This document shows positions 62,918 to 64,000 of a stretch of DNA of 64,000 bases, piece by piece (position 1 is the first letter of the stretch; every line of letters starts with the position of its first letter). Below the pieces are notes generated by a model, which did not search any database, was not told where the DNA came from, and was given only the letters and a program-made list of their open reading frames with translations. The stretch lies in the NCBI GenBank assembly GCA_027050205.1, contig JALUCS010000097.1, positions 1 through 64,000 on the forward strand. Reading direction: 5' to 3'. Source of the stretch: a candidate division WOR-3 bacterium. Lineage in GTDB: Bacteria > Hydrothermota > Hydrothermia > LBFQ01. The position numbers were made by a program, and so were the translations under genes.

Positions 62918-64000
62918 AAAGGTTTATAACCGTCCTGTTGGTGTCCGGAACTCTGGTGTGGGGTGTGAGCGGGTGTAAGCTGTTCCACGCACAGGACACC
63001 ACCCCTGAGGCTGCCGAGATGGGTAAACTCCTGAAGGAGGGGTGGCAGTACTATAAGGAGGGGAAGTTTGACTCGGCCCTGGCCAAGTTTGACACGGCCG
63101 CTATCATAGTGGACCCCTCCAACATGGAGGCCCACCTCGGTAGGGGACTCACACTCATGAGGAAGGGCCTTTACATTGATGCCCACCAGGAGTTCGCCCT
63201 GATATACACCCCTTACGTCCAGGAGAACGTCTGGATCGTACCTCTCTACGTCCCCGGCGATAGGGAGGGGGTGTTTGATACGATAATAAGCGGCACCGAC
63301 ACGTTGGCCTTTGGTATAGACAGCAACGACTTGCTTAGAGCCGATCAGAACAGTAGGCTCATCAGTTCCCCCAACTATACGATCCTCGCCGCGTGGGAGC
63401 TCGGCCCCCTCTTCGCTTCCAACGGTATCTCCTTTGAGGATGCGGACTACGTCTATCTTCCCGTTGACCTCAAGAAGATCATGGTTAAGCCCGACACGGC
63501 TCTCCTACCTAAGGGCATAGACCCCGTAACCTTTACGACGGCTTTTACCCCCACGACGGCACCTCTAAACGTTACCTCGTCCTCTATCTCCTATGTTGAT
63601 ACGGCTGGACCCGTCGTCTTCCTAAGCAGCACCAAGAGCGGTCCCGATAGGGAAACGGAGTTCCCCCTTCTGTTCGACTGGTTGTACGATGTCGACACCG
63701 CCACCTCAACGCCCATAGGGGACACCATCACCCTGACTATGGTCGTCCTGAAGATGGCCAAGAGCGGTCTCGGGGAGAGGCCCGATATAGTTTGGATGGC
63801 CCTCGCCGCCGACGCCCACACCTACTACATGGAGGCCATAGACAACAGGAAGGCAGCCTACCTCGCCTTCGCCGCCTACCTCCTCTTCCCTATGAGGGGT
63901 GATATACCCTCCGACGCGAACTACGCCGGTATCCCCGGTCTGACCACGGACGACGCCTCCGTCCTAAAGGGCCTCGCCGGAGTGGCCGCCCTCGGGTACC
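62914..64000 (+). CDS. TPR lipoprotein (runs off window)
   Basis: ATGA overlap; MKRFITVLLVSGTLVWGVSG-C lipobox; EGWQYYKEGKFDSALAKF...AHLGRG TPR. Not in the ORF track because it is open-ended. Confidence 0.7.
   Translation, partial: MKRFITVLLVSGTLVWGVSGCKLFHAQDTTPEAAEMGKLLKEGWQYYKEGKFDSALAKFDTAAIIVDPSNMEAHLGRGLTLMRKGLYIDAHQEFALIYTPYVQENVWIVPLYVPGDREGVFDTIISGTDTLAFGIDSNDLLRADQNSRLISSPNYTILAAWELGPLFASNGISFEDADYVYLPVDLKKIMVKPDTALLPKGIDPVTFTTAFTPTTAPLNVTSSSISYVDTAGPVVFLSSTKSGPDRETEFPLLFDWLYDVDTATSTPIGDTITLTMVVLKMAKSGLGERPDIVWMALAADAHTYYMEAIDNRKAAYLAFAAYLLFPMRGDIPSDANYAGIPGLTTDDASVLKGLAGVAALGY

Overview
A gene-dense, GC-rich bacterial window. The PorV-family barrels, T9SS-like C-terminal domains, AGG/ATA codon use and TtuA suggest a thermophilic, FCB-related, WOR-3-like lineage; this is inference, not a database result. 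Housekeeping genes include ttuA-like, guaB, nuoA, initiator tRNA-Met, acpP, fabF, folC, mfd, a carboxyltransferase, rpe, glnA, murJ and a ClC channel. A type II-like R-M pair sits at the left edge. Points of interest: (1) two ExbB-ExbD-ExbD-TonB motor operons, one with a PorV-like barrel, TPR scaffolds and FlgD/CTD-like domains but no receptor, the other with a TBDR / CTD-protein / PorV / probable pseudo-peptidase locus; (2) five secreted proteins sharing a C-x(2-3)-G-x(1-3)-D-linker before a short T9SS-like tail; (3) many envelope proteins with ultrashort, uncharged N-terminal leaders; (4) an unannotated, stand-alone 36-aa gene with a YxxPxI RiPP-leader-like motif; (5) an archaeal-type G1P dehydrogenase and a geranylgeranyl reductase alongside fatty-acid synthesis genes; (6) widespread leaderless promoters and strong TCGA avoidance. 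All family calls come from motif recognition by eye; no searches were run.
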